From positions 25,313 through 89,312 of the forward strand of contig CANKBT010000001.1 of assembly GCA_947479995.1 (NCBI GenBank): 64,000 nt of DNA, read 5' to 3'. How positions within the stretch are numbered: position 1 is the stretch's first letter; every line of letters starts with the position of its first letter. Origin of the DNA: Frankiaceae bacterium. Lineage in GTDB: Bacteria > Actinomycetota > Actinomycetes > Mycobacteriales > SCTD01. Shown in pieces: positions 26,856 through 36,324 of the stretch. The position numbers and the translations under genes were made by a program. Below the pieces are notes generated by a model, which saw only the letters and a program-made list of their open reading frames with translations, was not told the origin of the DNA and did not search any database.

Positions 26856-29035
26856 CGACGACCAGCACGAGCACCGGCACGGTCCGGTACGAGCGCGACG
26901 ACGCGGGTGTCGTCACGCTCGTGCTGGACGACCCGGCAGCCCGGGCCAACACCATGAGCGAGGCGTTCGTGCGCTCGTTCGGCGAGGCGCTGGACCGCCT
27001 CGAGGCCGAGCGCGCCGACGGCACGCTGCGCGGCGTGGTCGTCACCAGCGCGAAGAAGACCTTCTTCGCCGGCGGCAACCTCGACGAGCTGCTCGCGGCC
27101 GAGGACCGGCAGCAGATGCTCGCCGATACCACGCACATCAAGAGCTTGCTGCGCCGTCTCGAGACCCTCGGCGTGCCGGTCGTCGCAGCGATCGCCGGCA
27201 GCGCCCTCGGCGGCGGCATGGAGCTCACCCTCGCCTGCCACCACCGCGTCGTGCTCGACGACCCCTCGGTGCGCCTGGGCTTCCCCGAGGCGACGCTCGG
27301 GCTGCTGCCCGGCGCCGGCGGCGTCGTGCGCACGGTGCGGATGCTGGGCCTCGCGACCGCGCTGACCGAGCTGCTGCTCCAGGGCCAGCAGGTGCGGCCG
27401 GACCAGGCGCTGCGCCTCGGGCTCGTCGACGAGATCGCCACCGACCGGGAGGACCTGCTGGTCAAGGCGCGCGCCTTCGTCGACGCCCACCCGGAGTCGG
27501 TCCAGCGCTTCGACGCGAAGGGCTGGAAGGTGCCGGGTGGCACGCCGTCCTCGCCGTCGCTGGCGGCGGTCCTGCCCAGCTTCCCGGCCAACCTCGTCAA
27601 GCAGCTCAAGGGCGCGCACTACCCGGCCCAGCACCACATCCTGTGCGCGGCGGTGGAGAGCCTGAACGTCGACCTCGACACGGCGTTCACCATCGAGGGG
27701 CGCTACTTCGTCGACCTCGTCGTGGGGCAGACGGCCAGGAACATGGTCCAGGCGTTCTGGTTCGACCTCAACGCCGTCAACGGCGGCAGGTCCCGTCCGG
27801 CCGACGTGCCGGCGTTGCAGGCCACCCGGGTCGGCGTGCTCGGTGCCGGGATGATGGGCGCGGGCATCGCCTACGCCTTCGCCAAGGCCGGCGTCGACGT
27901 CGTCCTCAAGGATGTCAGCGCCGAGGGTGCCGAGAAGGGCAAGGACGTCTCCCGCCAGCTCGTGGGCAAGGCCGTCGCGAAGGGCCGGCTGTCGCAGGAG
28001 CAGGCCGACGCGCTGCTCGCCCGCATCACGCCGACCGGCGAGGCGGCCGACCTGGCGGGCTGCGACCTCGTGGTCGAGGCCGTGTTCGAGGACGTCGCGC
28101 TCAAGCACCGCGTCCTCGCCGAGGCCGAGGGGGCCGCTGCCGGCGACGCCCTGCTGGCCAGCAACACCTCCACGCTGCCGATCACCGACCTCGCCCGCGG
28201 CGTGCAGCGCTCGTCCGACGTCGTCGGCATGCACTTCTTCTCGCCGGTCGACAGGATGCCGCTGGTCGAGCTCATCGTCGGGGAGCGGACCTCGCCCGAG
28301 GCGCTGGCGCGCGCCTACGACGCCGTGCGACAGATCGGCAAGACGCCGATCGTCGTCAACGACAGCCGCGGCTTCTTCACCTCGCGCGTGTTCGGGACCC
28401 TGGTGCTCGAGGGCGCGGCGCTGCTGGCCGAGGGGCTGCCTCCGATGTCGGTGGAGCGCGCCGCGCTGCAGGCCGGCTTCCCGGCCGGCCCGCTCACCCT
28501 GCTCGACGAGGTCACCCTCAGCCTGCCCCTGAAGATCGAGGAGCAGGCCCGTGCGGACGCGCAGGCGGCGGGGGCGGACCTGCCGCCGGAGCACCCGGGC
28601 CTCGGTGTCGTGCGCCGGCTCGTGGAGCGCGGCCGTACCGGCAAGGCGGCCGGGCAGGGCTTCTTCGACTGGGAGCCCGACAAGCGGGTCTGGCCGGGGC
28701 TCGCCGACGAGTTCGGGCTGCGGCCCGACGCGGTGCCGCTGCGCGACGCGCAGGAGCGGATGCTGTTCGCGATGGCGGTCGAGACGGCGCGCTGCGTCGA
28801 GCAGGGCGTGCTCGCCTCGGTCGCCGACGCCAACATCGGCTCCGTTCTGGGCATCGGCTTCCCGCCGCTGTACGGCGGCGTGCTGCAGTACGTCGACCAG
28901 TACGACGGCGGAGTGGCCGGGTTCGTGCGGCGCGCGGACGAGCTGGCCGACGCCTACGGCGAGCGGTTCCGGCCGCCCGCGCTGCTGCGCGACGCGGCCG
29001 GCAGCGGGACGCTCCGGGCGGCCCTGGCCGGCTGA
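26852..29035 (+). CDS. fadB: Bifunctional enoyl-CoA hydratase / 3-hydroxyacyl-CoA dehydrogenase
   Basis: The GTG at 26852 overlaps the thiolase stop. The protein has a crotonase part ([13 protein letters not shown]; [18 protein letters not shown]) and a 3HCDH part ([21 protein letters not shown]). Only the last 727 codons of track ORF 24464..29035 are real. Confidence 0.9.
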   Translation: MTTTSTSTGTVRYERDDAGVVTLVLDDPAARANTMSEAFVRSFGEALDRLEAERADGTLRGVVVTSAKKTFFAGGNLDELLAAEDRQQMLADTTHIKSLLRRLETLGVPVVAAIAGSALGGGMELTLACHHRVVLDDPSVRLGFPEATLGLLPGAGGVVRTVRMLGLATALTELLLQGQQVRPDQALRLGLVDEIATDREDLLVKARAFVDAHPESVQRFDAKGWKVPGGTPSSPSLAAVLPSFPANLVKQLKGAHYPAQHHILCAAVESLNVDLDTAFTIEGRYFVDLVVGQTARNMVQAFWFDLNAVNGGRSRPADVPALQATRVGVLGAGMMGAGIAYAFAKAGVDVVLKDVSAEGAEKGKDVSRQLVGKAVAKGRLSQEQADALLARITPTGEAADLAGCDLVVEAVFEDVALKHRVLAEAEGAAAGDALLASNTSTLPITDLARGVQRSSDVVGMHFFSPVDRMPLVELIVGERTSPEALARAYDAVRQIGKTPIVVNDSRGFFTSRVFGTLVLEGAALLAEGLPPMSVERAALQAGFPAGPLTLLDEVTLSLPLKIEEQARADAQAAGADLPPEHPGLGVVRRLVERGRTGKAAGQGFFDWEPDKRVWPGLADEFGLRPDAVPLRDAQERMLFAMAVETARCVEQGVLASVADANIGSVLGIGFPPLYGGVLQYVDQYDGGVAGFVRRADELADAYGERFRPPALLRDAAGSGTLRAALAG

Positions 29036-29148
29036 CCGCGCCGCGCGCGCGGCGTGACCAACGGCACGCGGGTTCGCGGTGCGGCGCGAGGGCCCCGGGC
29101 ACACCATCGGGCGGATCCCTGCCGTCTCGACACCCCGAGGACCGCGCC

Positions 29149-30711
29149 ATGAACCCGCGCCGCCCGTCCCTGCTCGCGCTGCTCGTGCTCATGTGCACGG
29201 CTCTCGCGCTCGTCATCGGCGCGAACAGCTCCCTGTCGGTCGCCCTGCCCGACGTCGCCGCCGACCTGGGTGCCAGCCAGACCGAGCTGTCGTACGTCGT
29301 CAACGCCTACGCCCTGGTGTTCGCAGCGCTGCTCCTGCCCGTCGGGCTGGCGGCCGACCGGTACGGCCGGCGCCCGTTCCTCGTCGCCGGCCTGCTGCTG
29401 TTCGGCGGCGCCAGCCTGGCCAGCGCCTTCGCCCCCGACCCGACCACGCTCATCCTGCTCCGCGGCCTGGCCGGCGTCGGTGCCGCGGCGGTGATGCCGG
29501 CGACGCTCTCGGTCCTCGTCGACGCCTACCCGCCCGAGCGGCGGGCCTTCGCCGTCTCCATCTGGGCCGGCGTGTCCGGCGCCGGGGCGATGCTCGGCGT
29601 GCTGCTGTCCGGTCTGCTGCTCGAGCTGTTCTGGTGGGGCAGCGTGCAGCTCGCCTACGGGGTCGCGGCGGTCGCCGTCGCCGCCGCGGCCGCCCGTGTC
29701 GTGGCGCCCAGCCGCAACCCCGCCCTGGCCGTGGACCTGCGCGGCGGCCTGCTGGCCCTCGTCGGCCTGTCCGGGCTGGTGCTGGGGCTGCTGGAGGGAC
29801 CGGAGCGCGGCTGGACGGCGCCGGTGACCCTGGCCGCCCTGGCGCTCGGCGCTTCCGGGCTGGCCGCCTTCGTCGGGCACGAGCTCGAGACCGCCCAGCC
29901 GATGCTCGACGTCCGGCTGTTCCGCAGCCGCGGGCTGTCCGCCGGCAGCGCCCTGGTGTTCCTGCAGTTCTTCGCCGCGTTCGGCTTCTTCTTCCTCGCC
30001 CCGCAGTTCCTGCAGTTCGTCCAGGGTCACGACGCCCTCGGGGCGGCCCTGCGCCTGCTGCCGCTGGTCGGCGGCATCGCCCCTGCCAGCATCCTGGGCC
30101 CCCGCCTGCTCGAGCGGTTCGGCAGCCGGGTGCTGGGCAGCGCCGGCATGGCGGTCATGGCCGGGGCCTTCGTGCTGCTGGCGGTCGTCGGCGACGGCCC
30201 GTTCTGGCAGTTCGCCGCAGCGCTCGCGCTGCTCGGCCTCGGCTTCGGGACGGCCATCACCCCCGGGACGCAGCTCATCATCGACGGGCTGCCGGCCGAC
30301 CGGCGGACGCTGTCGGCCGCGGTCAACGACGTGACCCGCGAGGTCGGCGGCGCCCTCGGCGGCGCGGTGGCGGCCAGCGTGCTCGTCGCGGTGTACGGGC
30401 GCGACCTGGTCACGACCGGACTGCCGCCGGAGGCCGCGGAGCAGGCGGAGGAGGGGGTCGCCGCGGCGGTCGGCATCGCCGCCCAGCTCGGTCCGCAGGG
30501 CGCTGCCCTGGCCGCCAGCGCCCGCGAGGCGTTCACCGCCGGCTACCAGACGGCGGTGCTGGCGGCGGCGGCTGCACTGGCCCTGGGGGCTGTGGTGGCC
30601 GCCGTCGTCGCGCCCGGCCGGCGGGACGAGGCCGCGGCGCGGGAGCTGGCCGAGCCGTACCCCGACGAGCCGCGCCGCGTGGCGGCCGAGTCCGCCCCCG
30701 CCCTCGGCTGA
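29149..30711 (+). CDS. MFS transporter (drug:H+ antiporter-like, about 14 TMS)
   Basis: ATG 29149 (MNPRRPSLLALLVLMC). MFS motif LLPVGLAADRYGRRPFLVAG. Confidence 0.85.
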   Translation: MNPRRPSLLALLVLMCTALALVIGANSSLSVALPDVAADLGASQTELSYVVNAYALVFAALLLPVGLAADRYGRRPFLVAGLLLFGGASLASAFAPDPTTLILLRGLAGVGAAAVMPATLSVLVDAYPPERRAFAVSIWAGVSGAGAMLGVLLSGLLLELFWWGSVQLAYGVAAVAVAAAAARVVAPSRNPALAVDLRGGLLALVGLSGLVLGLLEGPERGWTAPVTLAALALGASGLAAFVGHELETAQPMLDVRLFRSRGLSAGSALVFLQFFAAFGFFFLAPQFLQFVQGHDALGAALRLLPLVGGIAPASILGPRLLERFGSRVLGSAGMAVMAGAFVLLAVVGDGPFWQFAAALALLGLGFGTAITPGTQLIIDGLPADRRTLSAAVNDVTREVGGALGGAVAASVLVAVYGRDLVTTGLPPEAAEQAEEGVAAAVGIAAQLGPQGAALAASAREAFTAGYQTAVLAAAAALALGAVVAAVVAPGRRDEAAARELAEPYPDEPRRVAAESAPALG

Positions 30712-30717
30712 CCGGCT

Positions 30718-30755
30718 CGGTCGGGACGCGCGCCGTGCGGCGCGCGTCCCGACCG
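30718..30755. terminator. Bidirectional hairpin between convergent MFS and MMPL genes
   Basis: Perfect 16-bp inverted repeat GGTCGGGACGCGCGCC/GGCGCGCGTCCCGACC with loop GTGC. It lies between the stops at 30711 and 30762. There is no U-tract. Confidence 0.55.
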
Positions 30756-30761
30756 GCGCCG

Positions 30762-32963
30762 TCAGACCCGGCTGGCCTCCGGCCGGGGCGCGTCCTCCTC
30801 GACACGCAGCGTGCTGCCCTCGACGTCGACGTCGGGCACCACCCGGTCCAGCCACCGCGGCAGCCACCAGGCCCGCTCGCGGAGCAGCGCGAGGACCGCC
30901 GGCACCAGCGTCATCCGCACCACGAACGCGTCGACGGCGATGCCGAAGGCGAACGCGAAGCCCAGCGACCGGGTGATGGGGTCGGGCGCCAGCATGAACG
31001 CGGCGAAGACGCTGATCATGATCAGGGCCGCTGCCGTGACCACGCGGGCACCGTGCCGGAAGCCCAGGATGATCGCGTCGTGCGCCGCCTCGCCGTGCAC
31101 GTGCTCCTCGCGGATGCGGGTCACGAGGAACACCTCGTAGTCCATGGCCAGACCGAAGATGATGCCGATCATGAAGATCGGCAGGATCGTCAGGATCGGC
31201 GCCGGCTGGTCGACGCCGAAGACGTCCGACAGCCAGCCCCACTGGAAGATGGCGACGACCGCGCCGAAGGTCGCCAGGACGGTGAGCAGGAAGCCCAGCA
31301 CGGCCTTCAGCGGCACCAGGACCGACCGGAACACGATGGTCAGCAGGACCATGGCCAGGCCGACCACGACCAGCAGGTAGATGGGCAGTGCCTCGCCGAG
31401 GCGCTCGTCGACGTCGACGGTGAGCGCCGTGGCGCCCGTCACCGCCAGCTGTGTGCCGGTCTGCTCCTCCAGGGCGCCGGACCGGGCACGGAGACCGTCG
31501 ACGAGCTGCTGGGTGGCGGTGTCGGACGGGCCGCTGGCCGGGATGACGGTGATGAGGTTCGTGTCGCCGGCGGCGTTCGGCATCGGCGGCGTGACCGCCA
31601 CGACGCCCTCCGTCCCCTGGAGCTCGGCGGTGATCGTCTGCAGGGCCGCGGCTGGGTCGGCCGCCCCCTGCGTGTCCGCCACGACCACCAGCGGTCCGTT
31701 CGCGCCCGGGCCGAAGCTCTGCGTGATGAGGTCGTACGCCTTGCGCTGCGTCATCTCCTCGGACAGCTGCCCCTCGTCCGGGAGGGCCGTCTCGAGCGAC
31801 GCAGTCGGGATGGCGACGACTCCAAGGGCGGCCACCGCGGCGAGCAGGACCGGCACCTTGCGGCGGACGACGAACCGGGCCCACCGCTCACCGGCCGGCG
31901 GCTTCTGCCCCGGCGCGAGGTCGCCCTCGACGTCGGCCGCCGCCCGGCCCCTGCGGCCGAGCACCTTCGCCCCGGCGAACCCGAGCACCGCCGGCAGGAC
32001 GGTCAGGGCCACCAGCACCGCCACGGCCACGGTGCCGGCCGCCGCGAGACCCATGATGGTCAGGAACGGGATGTTGACGGTGAACAGCCCGACCAGGGCG
32101 ATGACGACCGTCAGGCCGGCGAACACCACGGCGCTGCCGGCGGTCGCGACCGCGCGCCCCGCGGCCTCCTCGCCGTCCCGGCCGGTGATGAGCTCGTGCC
32201 GGTAGCGCGAGGTGACGAACAGCGCGTAGTCGATGCCCACGGCCAGGCCCAGCATCAGGGCGAGGACGGGCGCGGTCTCGCTCAGCTCGAGGAAGCCGGT
32301 CAGCGCGGTGATGCCCGCGACCCCGATCCCGACGGCGAGGAAGGCCACGAGCAGAGGCAGGCCGGCAGCCACGACCGAGCCGAACGTCCCGAGCAGCACG
32401 AGCGCGGCAACGGCCACGCCGATGAGCTCGGCGGCGCCGGCCGGCGGCTCGGACTCAATGGCGGCGGTCCCGGAGAACTCGACCTGCAGTCCGGCGTCCC
32501 GCCCGACCTCCGCCGTCTCGAAGAGCGCCTCGCGGTCCTCAGGAGTGACCTCGAGCGGCTCGAGGTCGTAGGTCGCGGTGGCGCGCGCGACCCGTCCGTC
32601 CGGGCTCACCGCCTGGGTGGCGAACGGGTCGGTCACGTTGATGACCCCCTCGAGCCCGCGGACCTCGTCGAGGACCTGCGCGACGGCATCGCGGAACTGC
32701 GGGTCGTCGACGCGCTCACCCGGCGGTGCGGCGAGCACGACGTTGGCCGAGCCCAGCTCGAGCCCCGCCTCGGGGAAGCGCTCCTCGAGCAGGTCGAGCG
32801 CCTCCTGCGACTCGGTGCCGGGGATGGAGAACTCGTTGGAGAACTGCCCGGACAGGGTGCTGGCCGCTGCGCCGAGCGCGACGAGCACTGCCAGCCACAC
32901 GGCCAGCACGAGCCGGCGCCGGCGGAAGGTGAACCGGCCGAGCCGGTACAGGACAGAGGCCAT
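30762..32963 (-). CDS. MMPL/RND-family transporter
   Basis: ATG 32963 (MASVLYRLGRFTFRRRRLVLAVWL). It has GIDYALFVTSRYRHEL and LAMDYEVFLVTRIREE. It is intact. Confidence 0.85.
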   Translation of the reverse strand: MASVLYRLGRFTFRRRRLVLAVWLAVLVALGAAASTLSGQFSNEFSIPGTESQEALDLLEERFPEAGLELGSANVVLAAPPGERVDDPQFRDAVAQVLDEVRGLEGVINVTDPFATQAVSPDGRVARATATYDLEPLEVTPEDREALFETAEVGRDAGLQVEFSGTAAIESEPPAGAAELIGVAVAALVLLGTFGSVVAAGLPLLVAFLAVGIGVAGITALTGFLELSETAPVLALMLGLAVGIDYALFVTSRYRHELITGRDGEEAAGRAVATAGSAVVFAGLTVVIALVGLFTVNIPFLTIMGLAAAGTVAVAVLVALTVLPAVLGFAGAKVLGRRGRAAADVEGDLAPGQKPPAGERWARFVVRRKVPVLLAAVAALGVVAIPTASLETALPDEGQLSEEMTQRKAYDLITQSFGPGANGPLVVVADTQGAADPAAALQTITAELQGTEGVVAVTPPMPNAAGDTNLITVIPASGPSDTATQQLVDGLRARSGALEEQTGTQLAVTGATALTVDVDERLGEALPIYLLVVVGLAMVLLTIVFRSVLVPLKAVLGFLLTVLATFGAVVAIFQWGWLSDVFGVDQPAPILTILPIFMIGIIFGLAMDYEVFLVTRIREEHVHGEAAHDAIILGFRHGARVVTAAALIMISVFAAFMLAPDPITRSLGFAFAFGIAVDAFVVRMTLVPAVLALLRERAWWLPRWLDRVVPDVDVEGSTLRVEEDAPRPEASRV

Positions 32964-32994
32964 CGAGGAGCTCCAGGGTCGGGGGTGGGGCGGT

Positions 32995-33612
32995 TCAGGA
33001 CCGGACCGGCGACGCAGCCGACCGGTCGGCGAGCGGGACGAAGGCGGGAGCGAGCACGTCGAAGCACTCGCCGAGGACCTGCTCGAAGTCGCTGTCCGCG
33101 GCTGCGAGCCAGACCTCCACCGCGGCACGGAGGGCGGCGATCACCGCGTTGGCGAGCAGGTGGGGCAGCGCGCGCTCTCCTGTCCCGACCCGCCGGCGCA
33201 GCTCGTGCACCAGCTGCCGCTCGAGGGGGTCGAACGTCGATAGGACGTGCGCGAGCACCTCGGGGCTGCTACGCAGCAGCTGCTGCTTGAGCAGCTCTTC
33301 CTCACGGGGCTGGGCGCTCGCGCCGAACGCCTCGAGGGCCGCGGCACGCAGCAGCGGCCAGACCGGCGCGGACTCGGCAGCCGCCGTGACGAGCTCGACG
33401 AAGTGCCGGCCGCGCTCGAGGTCGTCGGCGACGAAGGCCTGCTCGCGGGAGGAGAAGTAGTTGAAGTACGTGCGGGGGGAGACGTCGGCGGCCGCGGCGA
33501 TGTCGGCGACCGTGACCTGCTCGACGCCTCGCTCGACGGCCAGGCGCAGGGCGGCCCGCTGCAGCAGCGCGCGCGTGCGCTCCTTCTTGCGCTCGCGCAA
33601 CCCGCCTGCCAC
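32995..33612 (-). CDS. TetR-family regulator, upstream of and co-oriented with the MMPL gene
   Basis: HTH motif VTVADIAAAADVSPRTYFNYFSSREQAF. The start was moved to GTG 33612 because the track start at 33708 lies inside the upstream terminator hairpin. Confidence 0.75.
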   Translation of the reverse strand: MAGGLRERKKERTRALLQRAALRLAVERGVEQVTVADIAAAADVSPRTYFNYFSSREQAFVADDLERGRHFVELVTAAAESAPVWPLLRAAALEAFGASAQPREEELLKQQLLRSSPEVLAHVLSTFDPLERQLVHELRRRVGTGERALPHLLANAVIAALRAAVEVWLAAADSDFEQVLGECFDVLAPAFVPLADRSAASPVRS

Positions 33613-33693
33613 GACGCCAGGGTGCCAGCGGTCTGCGTGCGCTGCAAATCTGCGCGGCGTGCAACAGGTCACGGCCGGGCCGGAGACGCACAC

Positions 33694-33731
33694 GCCGGGG
33701 GAGACCACGCAGCCGCGTGGTCTCCCCCGGC
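33694..33731 (-). terminator. Hairpin terminator after the S15 peptidase gene
   Basis: Perfect 17-bp stem GCCGGGGGAGACCACGC/GCGTGGTCTCCCCCGGC with a 4-nt loop, 15 nt after the TAG at 33746. There is no U-tract. Confidence 0.6.
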
Positions 33732-33745
33732 GTGGGTCCTCCTCG

Positions 33746-36076
33746 CTACGGGAGCGGGAGGTGCCTGCCCTGCACGTCGGACACCTGCGCCGTGGCCGTG
33801 CCGCCGGCCACCCCTGCCGTGTCGTAGAACGTCAGCTCCAGCGTGGCGGTGGTCGCGACCCCGAGCCAGTTGACGACGAGCACGCGGTACTCGCCCGGCT
33901 CCAGCCGGCCGGCGGCGAGCGTCTCGCCGGTCGTGCTGCCCGAGGCCCCCTCGGCCAGATCCTCGCTCCAGCCGCCGTCGTCGTTTCTGCGCTGCAGGTA
34001 CAGGTCGAGGTCGGCCGGCGTGTCCGGGGTCGCGAGGACCTCCAGCTCGGCGTTGTCGAAGCCCTCCTGCGCCGTGAACTCGTACCCGGCCGCCGTGACG
34101 CCCTCGACGCGCTCGCCGACGGCGCCGACCGGGACGAGCACGCTGCCGCTCTCACCGGGCTGGGCCACGCCCGCCGGCGCCGGCGCCGGCGCGTCGCCGT
34201 CGCCGTCGGAGGCCTCGCGGAGCGGGACGTCGTCGTGCAGGACGGCGTCCGGCGCGGTTGGCAGCGCGTACCGGCTGGCGTCGGGGCCGGTGAACACGGT
34301 GATCTGCGGGTCACTGGCGAAGCTGGCGTGGTGCTGCGTCCGGGTCGAGATCTCCAGCACGAGCGACTGCCCCGCCTGGACCCAGTGCGCGGCCGTGAAG
34401 CACTGCATCGGCAGGTCCATCGCCTCGCCGGGCACGACCGGCGCGATCGTCGCCACGCCGTACCGCAGCATCGGCTGAATGGCGCAGACGTTGGCCAGCT
34501 CGCGGTCCTCGCCGTCGACCCGGTAGAGCGACGCCGTCAGGTGGTTGACCTGCGCCACCGACTGCGAGGCGCGCAGCACCAGTTCCGGCAGGCCCAGGAA
34601 GACGGTGTCCTTCGCGAACGGCTCGGAGGTGAAGACCGCCTTGCCGTTGTTCACACCCAGCAGCAGGGCGTTGACGCCGCCGTCGAAGGACGTGCTGGCG
34701 GACTCGGTCGGCGGGGTGAGCCGCAGGCTGCCGTCCGTGGCGTCCGGGTAGAGCGTGAGCCGCGACGTCGGGCGCGACCACGCGTCGTCGGTGACGACCT
34801 TGGTGCCCCAGGTCGCCGGGTCGCTGACGGCGGTGACGTCGACCGGGCGCTCGCCGTTGAGGAACGCCTCGACGGCCGGGCCGGTGGAGACGTCCATGTC
34901 CTTGAGGTGCTTGTCGAACCAGGCGTGGATCGCGTACTGCATCTGGTCGAAGCGGCAGGTCGGGTGCAGGGCGCGTGCGCCGGACTCGTCGCCGCAGCGG
35001 CCGTTGGTCGAGCCGTGGTCCCACTGGCCGACCCAGACCTTGTCCTGCGCGCGATCGAAGCGACCGCCGAAGAACCACTCGGCGGCCGGGATCCGCGCGG
35101 CGTTGTCGTTCGCGCCGTGGATCATGAAGATGGGGATGTCGGCTTCCTGCGCGCCCCGGGAGGAGTCCCGCTTGGCGTGCCAGGCCTCGTACTGCCCGGT
35201 GACCTGGCCGGTGCCGGCGAAGATCGCGGAGTTCGGGAGGCCGCAGCCGGTCTGCGGGTTGGGCCCGTTCTCGTCGAAGTTGTCGCCGTTGGGCCCGCCG
35301 AGGACCGGCATCGGCGGCAGGAAGCCCGGCAGGTCACGGGACAGCGCCAGACCCTCGTAGGCGACCATCGGCCCGATGTACTGCAGCAACCACGGCACGC
35401 CCTTGTTGAACTGGTGGTCGTACATGGACGCCAGGCCGGCGCTCGGCACGATGGTGGCCAGGCCGCGGGGGTTCTGCGCCGCGGCGGCGCTGGGCGTGGA
35501 CCCCACGTAGGAGTGGCCGGTCATGCCGACCTTGCCGGTGGACCACTCGGCGTCGGCCAGGTGCTCGACGACGGTCTTGAGGTCCTTCTGGTCGTGGGGA
35601 CCCAGGTGGTCCAGGCAGCCCGTGGAACGCCCGGTGCCGCGCAGGTCCATCATCGCAACGGCGTAGCCGCGCTGCGCGAAGTAGCCGGTCAGCCCCTCCT
35701 TGTTGCCCTCGGCGTCCGTCGGGTCCGGGAACATGCGCGTGCCCTGCCGGTCGGCGACGGTGCCGTGGTACGGGCTCGCCTCGAGGATGACCGGGAAGTC
35801 CTCGCCGTAGGTCTCGGGGTCGGGTCGCGTCACCTCCATGTACAGCTGCTCGCCGTCGTGCGCCGGGATGGTGAACACCTCGGTGATCAGATCGGTGTAC
35901 GTCGGCTGGCTGAGCGCCGGCGCCTGGGAGATGTAGTCGAAGGGAGGGGTCGCCACCTGGCGCTTGGCCACGCCTGACGCGACGTCGGGCAGGGACGGTC
36001 CGGCCAGCGCCGGGATGGCGGCGGCTGCCAGCGTCAGCGCGGTGAGCGGCACCAGCAGTCGGACGGGTGTACGCAT
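33746..36076 (-). CDS. Secreted CocE/NonD (X-Pro dipeptidyl-peptidase S15) family hydrolase with a C-terminal PPC-like domain
   Basis: ATG 36076 gives a signal peptide (MRTPVRLLVPLTALTLAAAAIPALAG). It also has MMDLRGTGRSTG, the nucleophile elbow GHSYVG, and a C-terminal LDLYLQRRNDDGGW...YRVLVVNW. Confidence 0.8.
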   Translation of the reverse strand: MRTPVRLLVPLTALTLAAAAIPALAGPSLPDVASGVAKRQVATPPFDYISQAPALSQPTYTDLITEVFTIPAHDGEQLYMEVTRPDPETYGEDFPVILEASPYHGTVADRQGTRMFPDPTDAEGNKEGLTGYFAQRGYAVAMMDLRGTGRSTGCLDHLGPHDQKDLKTVVEHLADAEWSTGKVGMTGHSYVGSTPSAAAAQNPRGLATIVPSAGLASMYDHQFNKGVPWLLQYIGPMVAYEGLALSRDLPGFLPPMPVLGGPNGDNFDENGPNPQTGCGLPNSAIFAGTGQVTGQYEAWHAKRDSSRGAQEADIPIFMIHGANDNAARIPAAEWFFGGRFDRAQDKVWVGQWDHGSTNGRCGDESGARALHPTCRFDQMQYAIHAWFDKHLKDMDVSTGPAVEAFLNGERPVDVTAVSDPATWGTKVVTDDAWSRPTSRLTLYPDATDGSLRLTPPTESASTSFDGGVNALLLGVNNGKAVFTSEPFAKDTVFLGLPELVLRASQSVAQVNHLTASLYRVDGEDRELANVCAIQPMLRYGVATIAPVVPGEAMDLPMQCFTAAHWVQAGQSLVLEISTRTQHHASFASDPQITVFTGPDASRYALPTAPDAVLHDDVPLREASDGDGDAPAPAPAGVAQPGESGSVLVPVGAVGERVEGVTAAGYEFTAQEGFDNAELEVLATPDTPADLDLYLQRRNDDGGWSEDLAEGASGSTTGETLAAGRLEPGEYRVLVVNWLGVATTATLELTFYDTAGVAGGTATAQVSDVQGRHLPLP

Positions 36077-36324
36077 GCAGAGCTCCAGCAGTCGCAGGGG
36101 CGGTCCCCAGCATGTCCGCCGCGCGGAGCCGTTCTCCTGCCGAGCGTCGTCACCGTGACCCGCGGCACCCTGTGCTCGGTCCCTCGCCCGGCGGCCCGGG
36201 CAGGTGCCGGCAGGGGGACCCCTCGCCGGGCGCCGTCCTCCGGCAGGAGTCGGCCCCGTCGTCGCGAAGACCTCCTGCCTGGGCCGACCCGCCGGCCCCG
36301 CCCGAGTCTGCCCCGGAGCCGACG

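Noticed and set aside
24464-29035. 1523-aa + strand ORF spanning fadE, fadA and fadB
   Set aside because: Its first roughly 796 codons are Arg/Pro/Gly-rich off-frame read-through over the ACAD and thiolase genes, which have their own clean frames. Only the part from GTG 26852 (FadB) is genuine.
29039-29054. 16-nt GC palindrome CGCCGCGCGCGCGGCG after fadB, considered as a terminator
   Set aside because: It has no loop, so at best it forms a 6-bp stem. It is low-complexity CG repeat sequence common in this DNA, and too weak to annotate.
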